In this document: positions 1-10,050 of the stretch, one piece after another
Layout: each line of letters begins with the position of its first letter
How positions within the stretch are numbered: the stretch's first letter is position 1
Origin: an uncultured bacterium
GTDB taxonomy: Bacteria > Babelota > Babeliae > Babelales > Babelaceae
Assembly: GCA_963722385.1 (NCBI GenBank)
Contig: CAVRKK010000002.1
Span: 256,001-320,000 of the forward strand
Direction: 5' to 3'
Length of the DNA: 64,000 nt
Made by a program: the position numbers and the translations under genes
Notes under the pieces: generated by a model
Databases searched by the model: none
Told to the model about the DNA's origin: nothing
The model's input: only the letters and a program-made list of their open reading frames with translations

Positions 1-863
1 CCAAGCTCATAGGCGTCCGTTACAAGTTTGTTTTTGGTCTTCTCAAGGTCGGTTATTACACGACTATTGGGATCAAAATTAGGGTACTGTGCCATGGCAA
101 GAATATCGCCATTGGTCGGGTCAAGAATAAGCACCGCGCCTTCATGCGCGTTTAATAGGTTGACCGCATCTCGCGTCTCTTCATAGGCCAAAAATTGTAA
201 CGTAGCATCAAGCGTAAGCCCAATAGGCGTGCCCTGGCTACCATCAGCTTGAGCCGTTTTATTAAAATAGTAGTGCCCCGAGCGCCCCTCTTGCTCAAGC
301 GCATACACCGCAGGATCACCAGCCAATACGTGATCATATGCCTTTTCTATTCCCATCAGCCCTTTATTATCAATATCAGTCATGCCCAAAATAGGCCCGG
401 TTGATGCTATAGGATAAAAGCGATGGGGCTCTTTCAGGACATGAATATCACACAAGTTGCTTTCTTTGATAAGCCGTACTTCATCGTCGCTTAAGTGCCG
501 CTGTATATAAAAAAATGATGGTTGTGTGTCTTTTTGAGACCCTAATGCTTTCTTATCAAATCGCTTGAGCGCGGCGGGAAAATGCTGCCCCAGAAAAGCA
601 CGTACCTTGTCGGGTTGACTCAGCCTGCTTGGTATAATAAAAGCACTAAAACGTGATATATTCAGGGCAATCGGCCTCCCATTCCTATCAACTACCTCAG
701 CCCGTGGCAAAAGTGTCGTAATGAGCGTGGTATATTGGTTTTGCGCACGCAACTTGAAAAAGCTGCCTTGCCTTATTTGCAACACGTACAAGTTGACCAA
801 CAAAGCAATATACAAACAAAAAAATGAGATAAACGTCAGGTTAAGGCGTAATGTCGGACGCAT
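1..863 (-). CDS. ftsI: Penicillin-binding protein, FtsI/PBP3-type; 5' part only, runs off the window start
   Basis: Manual translation from ATG at 863: MRPTLRLNLTFISFFCLYIALLVNLYVLQI...PRAEVVDRNGRPIALN. This is an N-terminal TM helix plus the class B PBP R-x-x-[IV]-x-DRNG motif. Lies directly downstream of an ftsL-like gene. Confidence 0.85.
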   Translation of the reverse strand, partial: MRPTLRLNLTFISFFCLYIALLVNLYVLQIRQGSFFKLRAQNQYTTLITTLLPRAEVVDRNGRPIALNISRFSAFIIPSRLSQPDKVRAFLGQHFPAALKRFDKKALGSQKDTQPSFFYIQRHLSDDEVRLIKESNLCDIHVLKEPHRFYPIASTGPILGMTDIDNKGLMGIEKAYDHVLAGDPAVYALEQEGRSGHYYFNKTAQADGSQGTPIGLTLDATLQFLAYEETRDAVNLLNAHEGAVLILDPTNGDILAMAQYPNFDPNSRVITDLEKTKNKLVTDAYEL

Positions 864-1146
864 GCGTATCCAGGTGGCTAAGTCGCTTGACCATTTTAAG
901 CCGAATGGGCACCATGCCATCACGTGCTGCAATTGCTTTGACCGATGAAGGACTCTTGAGCTCGGCAAGCATACGTGTTAGTTCATTCTTTTGCTCAATC
1001 AGCTGCTGATAGGCTCGCTCATTTTTCTGCTTACTATAAGAATATTGGGTAAAAAGGCTTGATGCATAAATATGACAAAAAATAAGGGAAAGCTGCGTTA
1101 TAAGAAACAGGAGGCCATATACTTTTTTTCTGCTCATTGTCTCCAC
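841..1146 (-). CDS. ftsL: FtsL-like cell division protein
   Basis: About 100 aa: one TM helix, a coiled coil, then LKSPSSVKAIAARDGM. Overlaps the ftsI start. Confidence 0.65.
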   Translation of the reverse strand: METMSRKKVYGLLFLITQLSLIFCHIYASSLFTQYSYSKQKNERAYQQLIEQKNELTRMLAELKSPSSVKAIAARDGMVPIRLKMVKRLSHLDTHASDITP

Positions 1147-2111
1147 TTCACTTTCTGCCTTATTTTTTGAGCTGTCGGTTGCGGACGAACGGCGCAGCCT
1201 CCAACCATTTTCATGCGCGCATCAATATTCAAGCAATAGCAATCATGCTTATCTCGAGGCAACGCTTTTCGTGCATCAGCGTCTTCCAAAATGTCAATAA
1301 TTTGAGGCAGATAATTGGCAACCCGTTGCCCAATAAAGCCGAGGTGGCCGGTGCGTGAGCGATTATTTATCTTGACTTCTGCTTGAATCAAGCATGTTGA
1401 CGAATCAAATCGCCTTTTGGAAAAGAACGTACACCCACCTGGTGTGTCGCGTTCCAAGTACAATCCTTGAAAATCAGAGACCTGGAACGGGTCGCTTTTC
1501 GAGTACAAAGCAATCACGTTTTTGAACATGGGCGATGGAATATAGTGCTCGGTCGGCACAACAACGGGGCAGGCCATAATGATGAAGCGGTCTATCAAGG
1601 TTCGCCTGTCATCATTGTCCCATGCTGCCATAGCCGCTGCTAGAGCAACATTTCCACCATGGCTATAACCAATAAGCGTTATAGGGACATTTTTGCAACA
1701 TTCATAAGAACGAATTTTTGCAATAAACTCATAGAGCTCTCTCCCCGCCTTCTCACGAGCAATAGCGCTCAAAAGCCCTGACCAGCCAAAAACGTAAAAA
1801 GAGTTGAGCGGAAAACGCTCGGAATCAGCTTGGTTAAGCATGAGAGACATCCTTCTACCAAGACAGGTGCTTTCAGGTATCTGGCTTGATAAAAAAAATC
1901 CGCGGGGGCAAACATCGTATAGGCCTGGCAAGCGTAAGATAGCAGAAAATGGCTTGGCACCACCATGAACAAAAATGGTTATCGGCTTACCCCGTGCAGG
2001 CAGCGTAAAAGATTCATTCTGAGCTTTTTTTTGGCCATGATCCCTCATGGATCTTTTTTGGCAGCCTGTCACTCCTACAAGCAGGAGTGACAGGACTATG
2101 AGCTTTTTCAT
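1134..2111 (-). CDS. Putative lipoprotein of alpha/beta-hydrolase (lipase-like) fold
   Basis: Lipobox-like VTGC after a hydrophobic leader; FVHGG, FGWSG, nucleophile elbow GYSHGG, and candidate Asp (YSKSD) and His (TGH). Confidence 0.7.
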   Translation of the reverse strand: MKKLIVLSLLLVGVTGCQKRSMRDHGQKKAQNESFTLPARGKPITIFVHGGAKPFSAILRLPGLYDVCPRGFFLSSQIPESTCLGRRMSLMLNQADSERFPLNSFYVFGWSGLLSAIAREKAGRELYEFIAKIRSYECCKNVPITLIGYSHGGNVALAAAMAAWDNDDRRTLIDRFIIMACPVVVPTEHYIPSPMFKNVIALYSKSDPFQVSDFQGLYLERDTPGGCTFFSKRRFDSSTCLIQAEVKINNRSRTGHLGFIGQRVANYLPQIIDILEDADARKALPRDKHDCYCLNIDARMKMVGGCAVRPQPTAQKIRQKVKWRQ

Positions 2112-2274
2112 GCTGCGTCATTCCCCCGTATGTGCAGCTTAGTATATCTGCGGGGATTATTGTTTTGTCAATAATTAGGTCGCCTAGCCAAATGTTAGCA
2201 TGCTCTCAAAAGACAAATTTTTTCGACGTCTCACTCGCCCACATGACAATTTCTACGAGCACCGCTCAAAATCT

Positions 2275-3387
2275 CTAAACGTTAAACCTAATATTAACGA
2301 TATCTCCGTCCTGGACGACGTAATCTTGGCCTTCAGTACGAATTTTGCCTAAGTCTTTCAATTTCGCTTCAGAGCCAGCCACCTTTAGATCAAAGTAATT
2401 GAACACTTCAGCACAAATAAAGCCACGTTCAAGATCTGAATGAATTTTGCCCGCGGCGGTTCGTATGCTGAGCCCTTTTAATAACGGCCATGCGTGTATT
2501 TCTTTCGGCCCGCAGGTAAAAAAGGTGATCAGGCCGAGGTGCTCATACGTACGTTCAATCACTACTTCAGTGCCGCGCTTAGTTAAGCCCATAAATGCGG
2601 CCATTTCATCGGCTTGATCGCTCGCGAGCTGTGATAACTCACTTTCGAGGCGTGCCGCAATGGGAATAACACGCTCACGGCCAAATTTCTTGCATAATAT
2701 CTGAAAATAGACGTTATTTTTATAAGCCTCATCAGCCATCTCATGCTCGGCCACGTTAGCGATGATAAGAAACTTTTTTGCTGACAGCAACGGGATAGTT
2801 ACCACCGGCGCTTGAGCATACAAAGCTTGTACCGCGGGCAGATCACTCTTATTAAGCGCTTGATTAAGCTGCACAATCAGCGCCTCTTCTGCTTGTAGCT
2901 CTTTGAGCTGTAGCGGATTATTTTTCGCTTGCTTGACCAATGATGCAACTTTAGCTGCTCTTTTTTGAACCGAATCAAGATCCTTAAGCATAAGCTCGGT
3001 CGTGATGATGTCAAAATCGACAAGCGGATCGAGCCCTTCGCGCGCATGGGTGATCAATGGATCCTCAAAACAACGCAAAACATGCAAAATAAGATCAACC
3101 TCACGTATATGACTTAAAAACTGATTGCCAAGCCCCTCACCCGAAGCCGCGCCCTTGACCAGTCCCGCAATATCAACGAACTGTGCACTTGCCGGTATCA
3201 CTTTTGTTGATTTATAGAGCGTCTGTAAGATGTTTAAGCGCTCATCCGGTACCTTGGTGATCGCCACATGCGGCTCAATCGTACAAAAAGGATAATTTTC
3301 TGCAGGTATCGAAGAATTGGTCAGCGCGTTAAAAAGGGTCGATTTGCCCACATTGGGAAGCCCCACCAAACCAGCTGCAATACTCAT
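2275..3387 (-). CDS. ychF: Redox-regulated ATPase YchF
   Basis: GLVGLPNVGKSTLFNALT, NYPFCTIEP, DIAGLVKGAS, C-terminal YVVQDGD. Confidence 0.97.
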   Translation of the reverse strand: MSIAAGLVGLPNVGKSTLFNALTNSSIPAENYPFCTIEPHVAITKVPDERLNILQTLYKSTKVIPASAQFVDIAGLVKGAASGEGLGNQFLSHIREVDLILHVLRCFEDPLITHAREGLDPLVDFDIITTELMLKDLDSVQKRAAKVASLVKQAKNNPLQLKELQAEEALIVQLNQALNKSDLPAVQALYAQAPVVTIPLLSAKKFLIIANVAEHEMADEAYKNNVYFQILCKKFGRERVIPIAARLESELSQLASDQADEMAAFMGLTKRGTEVVIERTYEHLGLITFFTCGPKEIHAWPLLKGLSIRTAAGKIHSDLERGFICAEVFNYFDLKVAGSEAKLKDLGKIRTEGQDYVVQDGDIVNIRFNV

Positions 3388-3598
3388 AGTGCCTCTTTCT
3401 TACTATAAAAAATTGATTCTCGTGTATTCTCTCAGTGTGCTCGAAAATGAGCATTGTCGCAAAACTTTTTAAACTCGAGCACTTTTCCGGATTTTGCTAT
3501 ACATAAAATTACTATCATTAATAAAAAATAGCAAGCTTGACCGTTCTGCGTAAAGCAGCTGGCATTTGATTGAAAGCTCGGCGAACAGGCAAACCGGA

Positions 3599-4225
3599 TT
3601 ACATACCCTTCAGGGCTGCGTGAAAATAGCGTGCTTCTTCGGCAGGATTGTCCGACTGAGTAATGACGCTGCTCAATATGATGCCCGTTGGATTGATAGC
3701 AAGAACTTCACTAACGCTCTCGCGCGTAAGAGGCGCGGCAATAAAAACCGGCAACTGGGTATTACCTTTTACCATATCCCAGCTTTCGGTCAGCGTGACT
3801 TGCCCACCTTCAGTATAAGGGCGATGAAATAAAAGCGCATCAGCACCAAGACTTTTTGCTTCGAGCGCAGATTGACCAAGCGAGCTTGCATCAAGAAGGT
3901 CGAGCATTACGCGCTTACCGAGCTCATGAGCGGCTTGGGTAACAGCATGAATAATGTTTCTTGATGTCCCTGCCATGACCGTAATCCAATCAGCACCAGC
4001 GTGGGCAAAAAGTTGCGTGGCTTCTTTGCCTCGATCAACAATCTTGGTATCGGCCAGAATGATTTTTTGCGGAAATTTTTCTTTAAATAACCGCACCGCA
4101 AGTTCGCCGTGCCTAAAAATAAGCAGCGTTCCCACTTCCAAAACATCAGCATATTCTTGCACCTCGCTCGCAAGATCGAGGGCCTTATTGAGGTCGAGAA
4201 GATCGAAGGCGATTTGTAGTTTCAT
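3599..4225 (-). CDS. 3-hexulose-6-phosphate synthase / KGPDC family (OMP-decarboxylase superfamily)
   Basis: MKLQIAFD, LEVGT and DTKIVD (D-x-K-x-x-D) motifs; start placed at MKLQ. Confidence 0.85.
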   Translation of the reverse strand: MKLQIAFDLLDLNKALDLASEVQEYADVLEVGTLLIFRHGELAVRLFKEKFPQKIILADTKIVDRGKEATQLFAHAGADWITVMAGTSRNIIHAVTQAAHELGKRVMLDLLDASSLGQSALEAKSLGADALLFHRPYTEGGQVTLTESWDMVKGNTQLPVFIAAPLTRESVSEVLAINPTGIILSSVITQSDNPAEEARYFHAALKGM

Positions 4226-4300
4226 TAGGTTTCCTAACATCCTATGATATTCAAGCCTTATGCATAATTTGAGTATACCATCATTTTTGCTCTAATAAAA

Positions 4301-5110
4301 TTATGGTGTAATTATTACCCCATAACGCGCCGTACCATAGCGCCAATTATACTGAACAGGGGCGAAGTAACGATTAACTTTTAAAAAATGTAAAGCATTG
4401 ACACCGGCAATCAAATTAGGTCGAGCATAAAGCGTTGGCAATATAAGGTTCAAGCTTTTAACCGTTGAAAACGTGCCCTCATGAATCAACATTTGGTTCG
4501 GTTTGGCAATTATAACAATCGCGTCAGCGGGTATTACTCGGTCAGACGGCGTCTCTTGTTTATAAACATTCCAGGATGGTTCTTCTTGTTCAGTCGACAG
4601 CTGAAACTGATAATATTCTGCCGGCTCATCGAAGCTCGCTCGAAAATGGTGGATAAGCCTTTCATGCGTTAAGACCGGCTGGAGCGACCGGGTAACAACC
4701 AGCGTTATGCTGCTTGCAGGAGTACTGCGGGGGAACAATATCTGGCCATTGATATCTGAATGTGTCGCCCATCCCATGTAAACAGCATAAATTCCCTGGA
4801 CATTTTTCCTTCTCAGTTGGCCGTCAATATAGAGCCTGCCAGGCGCACCCGCTCTCGTTACTTTTCCTAAAATATGCTCAGGGGAAGGCGGTAAGCCTAT
4901 GTCTGCCGTGCGCTCTATAAACAACGTGATAATATGAGGAGTGACTGAACGCTTTTCTTGCTGAGCTTTTGCAATCGGCTGCCCAAGACCAGAAAAGCTC
5001 AAGAAGCTTAACATTATAAAAAAAACGTTTAATAGCATACCTGTTTCCTTCATACCTGTACCATACCATAGCAAGCAAAGGCGAAGCAAGATTTGGCAGC
5101 GTGAGCCCAT
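4301..5110 (-). CDS. Hypothetical exported protein
   Basis: 269-aa ORF with a hydrophobic N-terminal leader; true start probably downstream of 5110. Confidence 0.6.
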   Translation of the reverse strand: MGSRCQILLRLCLLWYGTGMKETGMLLNVFFIMLSFLSFSGLGQPIAKAQQEKRSVTPHIITLFIERTADIGLPPSPEHILGKVTRAGAPGRLYIDGQLRRKNVQGIYAVYMGWATHSDINGQILFPRSTPASSITLVVTRSLQPVLTHERLIHHFRASFDEPAEYYQFQLSTEQEEPSWNVYKQETPSDRVIPADAIVIIAKPNQMLIHEGTFSTVKSLNLILPTLYARPNLIAGVNALHFLKVNRYFAPVQYNWRYGTARYGVIITP

Positions 5111-5306
5111 TAAAAATGGTTAAGATATCTCCACAACTTGAATTAATTAAGAACAGGAATTACGCATAACTGACCTCGAAGCGATGTAAAATATGATCAG
5201 GTCGAGAAAGCGAGTTGAATGGGGCCGTAAAAGCTTCAGTCTGCTCGCTTTCTCATGTTGCCAAAGTTTAGGGTTTTACCTCTTTTTCGATGAAGCCTGA
5301 GTGATT

Positions 5307-6671
5307 TTAGAGATCTTCTACCACTGATGGCTTACCATCAAAATTAACACTTGTAGCGCGACGATACTGGCGGAACTTATAGAATAACAAAAGCGCACCT
5401 ACCGTAGCTGCTGTTAAAGCAGTAAGGCCAAGGGGAATGCCTACCGTCGCGCCTATGATTACCCCGAGAGGTAGACTACTACCTGTTGATTCATCACCGC
5501 CGCCCTGTGAGCCTCCAAGCAATACCGGTATGAGTGATACATCATTTGAATAGAGATTAGCCGTGAGTGCATAGGTGCCACTTGGTGAAAAAGTGATACT
5601 GACACAAAGCAATGGAAGAGGGATTCAATGAGCCTGAAGGTAGTTTATAGGATACTCCTGACACAGAAGAAGTACCGTTCATGGTAAATAAGGTCACATC
5701 GCTTGAATTATAGTTTGCTGTAGCAAAATGCTTATTATCAGATGCAAATGCTATTGAGTCAGGCTGTGTAGAGCCGGGTGGTAAACGATACGAAGTTCCG
5801 ATCTGTTCTACTTGGAATATCATTACATCATTTGATGCTTCATTAGCAGTAGCAAGATATAAGCCGTTAGGTGAAAATGCTACTGATACAGGATAGCCAG
5901 AACCACTTGGCAAAGCATACGATGTTGCTGCTGATAATACTCCTCCTGCTCCTACTTCGAACATTGTTACATTTGGTGGTGTGCCGCCTTGATTAGCAGT
6001 AGCCAGATAGAGACCATTTTGAAATATTGTTACATCTCCCGGAACGTAATAGTTAGCAGTAGCAAGGTGTGAGCCATTAGGAGGAAATGCTACTGAATGA
6101 GGAGTTCCTGATCCCGATGGGAGCATATAAGAGGTTGCTGCTGAAAGGGTCCCTCCCGCGCCGACCTGAAATATCGTCACATCATTTGAAGAGCTAAAAT
6201 AATTAGCAGTAGCAAGGTATAAGCCATTGGGTGAAAAAGCTACTGAGTAAGGCTCACTAGAACCGCTTGGTAATGCATACGATATTCCGCCCGATAGCAC
6301 TCCTCCTGTTCCTACTTGATATATCGTTACATCACTTGAGCCCGCATTAGCGCTAGTAAGATATGAACCGTTAGGTGAAAATGCTACTGATTCAGGCGCG
6401 CTAGAACCGCTTGGCAATGCATATGATGTTCCTCCCGATAGCACACCTCCTGTTCCAACCTGAAATATTGTTACATCACTTGAACTCGAATTAGCAGTAG
6501 CAAGATATGAGCCATTTGGTGAAAAGGCTACTGAAACAGGCGCAGTAAACCGCTTGGCAATGCATAAGATGTTTCTCCTGATAGAGTTGCCGCATCGACA
6601 TGGATGCTTGTTAAAATAATCAGAGATGCGCTGAGCAGAAGAGTGTAAAAATGGCCTATATGTAATGACAT
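5307..6671 (-). pseudogene. Degraded beta-propeller surface protein, paralog of 46760..49045
   Basis: Start MSLHIGHFYTLLLSASLIILTSIHVDAATLSGETSYALPSG at 6671; frameshift near 6548; half-blade deletion (DVTIFQ|NGLY); large deletion plus frameshift near 5610 joining PSSIA to CVSITFSP; TM tail intact. Confidence 0.85.
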
Positions 6672-6710
6672 GTTGTCAGACCTCTTATTTTTTGAATTTT
6701 TAGGTTAACA

Positions 6711-6909
6711 AAGGGTGTAAACAAAAGTGTTAGTAAAAGTAAAAGCTGGAAGATTGCTAACCCCAACAACTGTGTTAAGTACTGTTAGCTCAAGAGTACT
6801 CAGAAAGCATAGCCTACGCGTTGTTTTCAAGCCCCTAAATACCTGAGAAGGTCGAAACCTGTTCTGATGCTCCATTGGCAGCCCAACTAAGAGATTTAAT
6901 TACACCCTT
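6711..6909. mobile_element. MITE-like 199-bp non-coding insertion
   Basis: Perfect 10-bp terminal inverted repeats AAGGGTGTAA (6711-6720) and TTACACCCTT (6900-6909); flanked by AACA/AATA; absent from the homologous upstream region of 46760. Confidence 0.7.
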
Positions 6910-6916
6910 AATAAGG

Positions 6917-6945
6917 AGCATAAAGGACATTTAAGATATTTGCAA
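6917..6945 (-). promoter_or_regulatory. Sigma70-like promoter of the propeller pseudogene
   Basis: TTGCAA-17 nt-TATGCT on the minus strand; the same arrangement occurs at 46689-46717. Confidence 0.55.
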
Positions 6946-7012
6946 TCTTAATGCCTGAGGAAAAATATGAGATCTTCTAAAAAAGCATGCTGTCTTAATG
7001 TGCGCTTCTATT

Positions 7013-9292
7013 TTACAGGAACTCTTCTACGGCTTGTTTAGCCTCAAGATTTCTAGCGTCTGTCCCACGCTTATGCTGTATATACTTATAGGTTAAGCAA
7101 CTAAGTATGCCTATTCCAGCTGCTAAAAAAACAAGGCCTGCCGGAATACCTATAGTTGTTCCTATAATGACTCCTAGAGGAAGACTGCTTTCATCTCCTG
7201 TTCCTCCTATAACATCAGATAGAGAAAAAGCTGATACATCATTTGAAGCGCTATTGGCTGTAACAACTGTCATTTGTTGTTGATTTATAGGGAAAAAGGA
7301 AAGTGCAACACAATTGCTTGAGTTATTTGGCAGGCTATATGAAATAGTACTTTGGATTTCATTTCCGGCAAGCGTCAAGATGGTAATACCATTGGAACCG
7401 CTATTGGCAGTTACGAGGTAAGTCCCATCTGGTGAGACTGCTATTCCCTGGGGATTACTTGTTCCCTCAGGCAAGGAATAAGAGAGGGAACTTGTTATGG
7501 CTCCAGATTGTAGGCCGAAAATAGTTACATCGTTTGAGCCACTATTACTTGTAGCTAGAAATAATTCGCCAGATGGACTGAGCAAGAATACAAGTGATTG
7601 AGGTCTTTGGGATCCAGCTGGTAAGGATTGAGATATGCCATTCGTCAATGTGTTACCGGAAACTGTAAAGAGGGTTATATCATTTGAATTTGCGTTAGCG
7701 GTAGCAAGGAATAAACCATCAGGTGTGAACGCTACTTTTAAAGGGTTTAAGGAACCAGTGGGTAATGCATATGAGGCAGCTTCTTCCAACAACCCTTCAT
7801 TAACAGTAAAGATTACTAAATCATTTGAATCTCCACTAGCTACAGCAAGATACATATTATTTGGCGAGAACTCTACTGACGTTGGGTTAGTTGATCCTGC
7901 AGGTAAAGCATATGATTGGGCATTTTTCAACTGTCCTTCTGAAAAAGTAAAGAGGGTTACGTCATTCGAACGGCTATTTGCTGTGGCCGCATATGCAGTA
8001 TCAGAAGAAAATGCTATTGAAGCTGGATTGGTTGAATTTAAAGGTAGCTTATATGAGGTTGCCAATCCAAGGTTGACAAAATAACTTGTTGTACTTGTTC
8101 TAAAAATAGCTACATCATTTGAGGCATAGTTAGCTGTTGCAAGAAAGAGGCCATCGGGTGAAAAAGTTATTGACTCAGGTCTTACAGAATAAGGCGGCAA
8201 AGGATATGAGATTCCTGTACTCTCAGCCTGATCGGAGCAAACAACAGTAAAGAGCGTAACATCGTTGGAAGCATAATTAGCCGTCGCAAAATATTGACCA
8301 GATGATGAAAATGACCCTACTTCAGGCTGCATTGACCCAGCAGGTAAAGGGTATGAGGTGATATTACTGAGTATTCCTCCTTCTGCTACAGTAAATAAGG
8401 TAACATTTTGAGATCCAGCATTAGCTGTTGCAACATACAAACCATTTGGTGAGAATGTTGCTGAAGATGGTGCTGTTGAACCAGAAGGTAGAGAATAAGA
8501 CGTAGCATTGTTTAATATGCCACTTGCCCCTACATTAAAAATTGTTACGTTATTCGAAGTTTTATTAGCAGTAGCAAGATATAAGCCATTTGGCGAAAAT
8601 GCTACTGAAACAGGAGCACTCGAGTTGCTTGGCAATACATATGATGTTGCTCCACTCAAAGTTCCTCCAGGCTCTACTTGAAATAGTGTTACATCATTTG
8701 ATGTCTGATTAGCGGTAGCTAAGTAGTTACCATCAGGTGAAAATGCTATAAACTGAGGTCCAGCTGAGTTACCTGGCAAAGCATATGAAGTCCCGCTACT
8801 TAAAACTCCTTCTTCTCCTACAGTAAAAATTGTTACATCATTTGAATTATAGTTAGCGGTAGCTAAGTAGTTACCATCAGGAGAAAATGCTATTCCAGCA
8901 GGAGATGGAGAGCCAGCTGAGCCGTACGGAGTCCCATTACTCAATACTCCTCCTGCTCCTACCGTAAAAAGAGTTATAGTATTTCCATCGCTACCGCCAT
9001 TGCAAGTTGCAAGATAAGATCCTGAAGGAGAAAATACAACTATGCTTGCGGTAGAACCGCTCGACAAAGGATAAGAAGTACCTTGACTCAATGTGCCTCC
9101 TGCTCCTACTGAAAAAATCACTACATTGCAATAATTAGCGGTAGCAAGATATAAACCGTCGGGCGAGAATGCAGAGTACGTTCCTTCAGATTTACTGGGC
9201 AAAGGTTGCGATATCGCAGACTGAAATGAGCAAGCAGGTTCTAATTTTATAGCAGAAAATAACATGGTGCACAGTAAAATGACAATTTTCAT
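7013..9292 (-). CDS. Secreted/membrane-anchored 14-blade beta-propeller repeat protein
   Basis: Signal peptide, 14 repeats of about 48 aa (SYxLPxGSxxPxSVAFSPxGxYLATANxxSNDVTIF), C-terminal TM LPLGVIIGTTIGIPAG followed by a basic stop-transfer. Confidence 0.9.
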   Translation of the reverse strand: MKIVILLCTMLFSAIKLEPACSFQSAISQPLPSKSEGTYSAFSPDGLYLATANYCNVVIFSVGAGGTLSQGTSYPLSSGSTASIVVFSPSGSYLATCNGGSDGNTITLFTVGAGGVLSNGTPYGSAGSPSPAGIAFSPDGNYLATANYNSNDVTIFTVGEEGVLSSGTSYALPGNSAGPQFIAFSPDGNYLATANQTSNDVTLFQVEPGGTLSGATSYVLPSNSSAPVSVAFSPNGLYLATANKTSNNVTIFNVGASGILNNATSYSLPSGSTAPSSATFSPNGLYVATANAGSQNVTLFTVAEGGILSNITSYPLPAGSMQPEVGSFSSSGQYFATANYASNDVTLFTVVCSDQAESTGISYPLPPYSVRPESITFSPDGLFLATANYASNDVAIFRTSTTSYFVNLGLATSYKLPLNSTNPASIAFSSDTAYAATANSRSNDVTLFTFSEGQLKNAQSYALPAGSTNPTSVEFSPNNMYLAVASGDSNDLVIFTVNEGLLEEAASYALPTGSLNPLKVAFTPDGLFLATANANSNDITLFTVSGNTLTNGISQSLPAGSQRPQSLVFLLSPSGELFLATSNSGSNDVTIFGLQSGAITSSLSYSLPEGTSNPQGIAVSPDGTYLVTANSGSNGITILTLAGNEIQSTISYSLPNNSSNCVALSFFPINQQQMTVVTANSASNDVSAFSLSDVIGGTGDESSLPLGVIIGTTIGIPAGLVFLAAGIGILSCLTYKYIQHKRGTDARNLEAKQAVEEFL

Positions 9293-9486
9293 GGCAGGAC
9301 AATCCTTTTTTCTAATAAGCTCTTAATAGCCAAAACTCAGCTTATATAAACAAAAGAAAAACGCAAGACATGAACTATTCCTGAGATCTTTTTACTGCGT
9401 AGAATGTGTGTCACCAACCTTTGCCGAGTATTTCTTCCAAAGAATTTACGGCCAAGCATGTTTGCTCAGCCGTATCAACATCTTTA

Positions 9487-9828
9487 TTAAATAGCTTCGA
9501 TTCTGACGACCGTATAAGGTTGCCGATGGCCAGCTTTACGCTTATACTTTTTGCGTCGTTTAAAATGAAAGACCGTTATTTTTGGTGCACGAGCATGCTT
9601 TATGATTGAAGCAGATATCGGAGATTTTAAGAAAGGGCGACCTATCTCAACGATTGCTTGTCCCCCGGCATTAAATGTTTTGCGAAGCAAAACATTTTCA
9701 AAACTTACTTTTTGGCCTGCTGATTCAGCAAGCTTTTCTATCGCAACCGTTTTGCCAACGACCGCTTGATATTGTTTGCCCCCCGTCTCAAAAATAGCAT
9801 AGGGTTGGGCACCTGTCTCTTGTTCCAT
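9487..9828 (-). CDS. rplU: 50S ribosomal protein L21
   Basis: YAIFETGGKQY...KRRKKYKRKAGHRQPYT. Confidence 0.97.
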   Translation of the reverse strand: MEQETGAQPYAIFETGGKQYQAVVGKTVAIEKLAESAGQKVSFENVLLRKTFNAGGQAIVEIGRPFLKSPISASIIKHARAPKITVFHFKRRKKYKRKAGHRQPYTVVRIEAI

Positions 9829-10050
9829 GAAGCGAATCCTTTATCACTGCTGACAAAACTTTAAAAAAAGAGATAAAAAAACGAAAGCCCTTAACAACTT
9901 TCTCTCTTATTGTTAGAGTTTAGCAGATCTAAAGCTTCTGTCTAGGGCTTTTGGAGAATTTATCATAGTATATTTGCCCAAATATGTTCTTTTTGGCAAA
10001 CTTATTAACAAGGGAACGAAAATATCAGGACGCCCAAACCAGGAGAAAAC

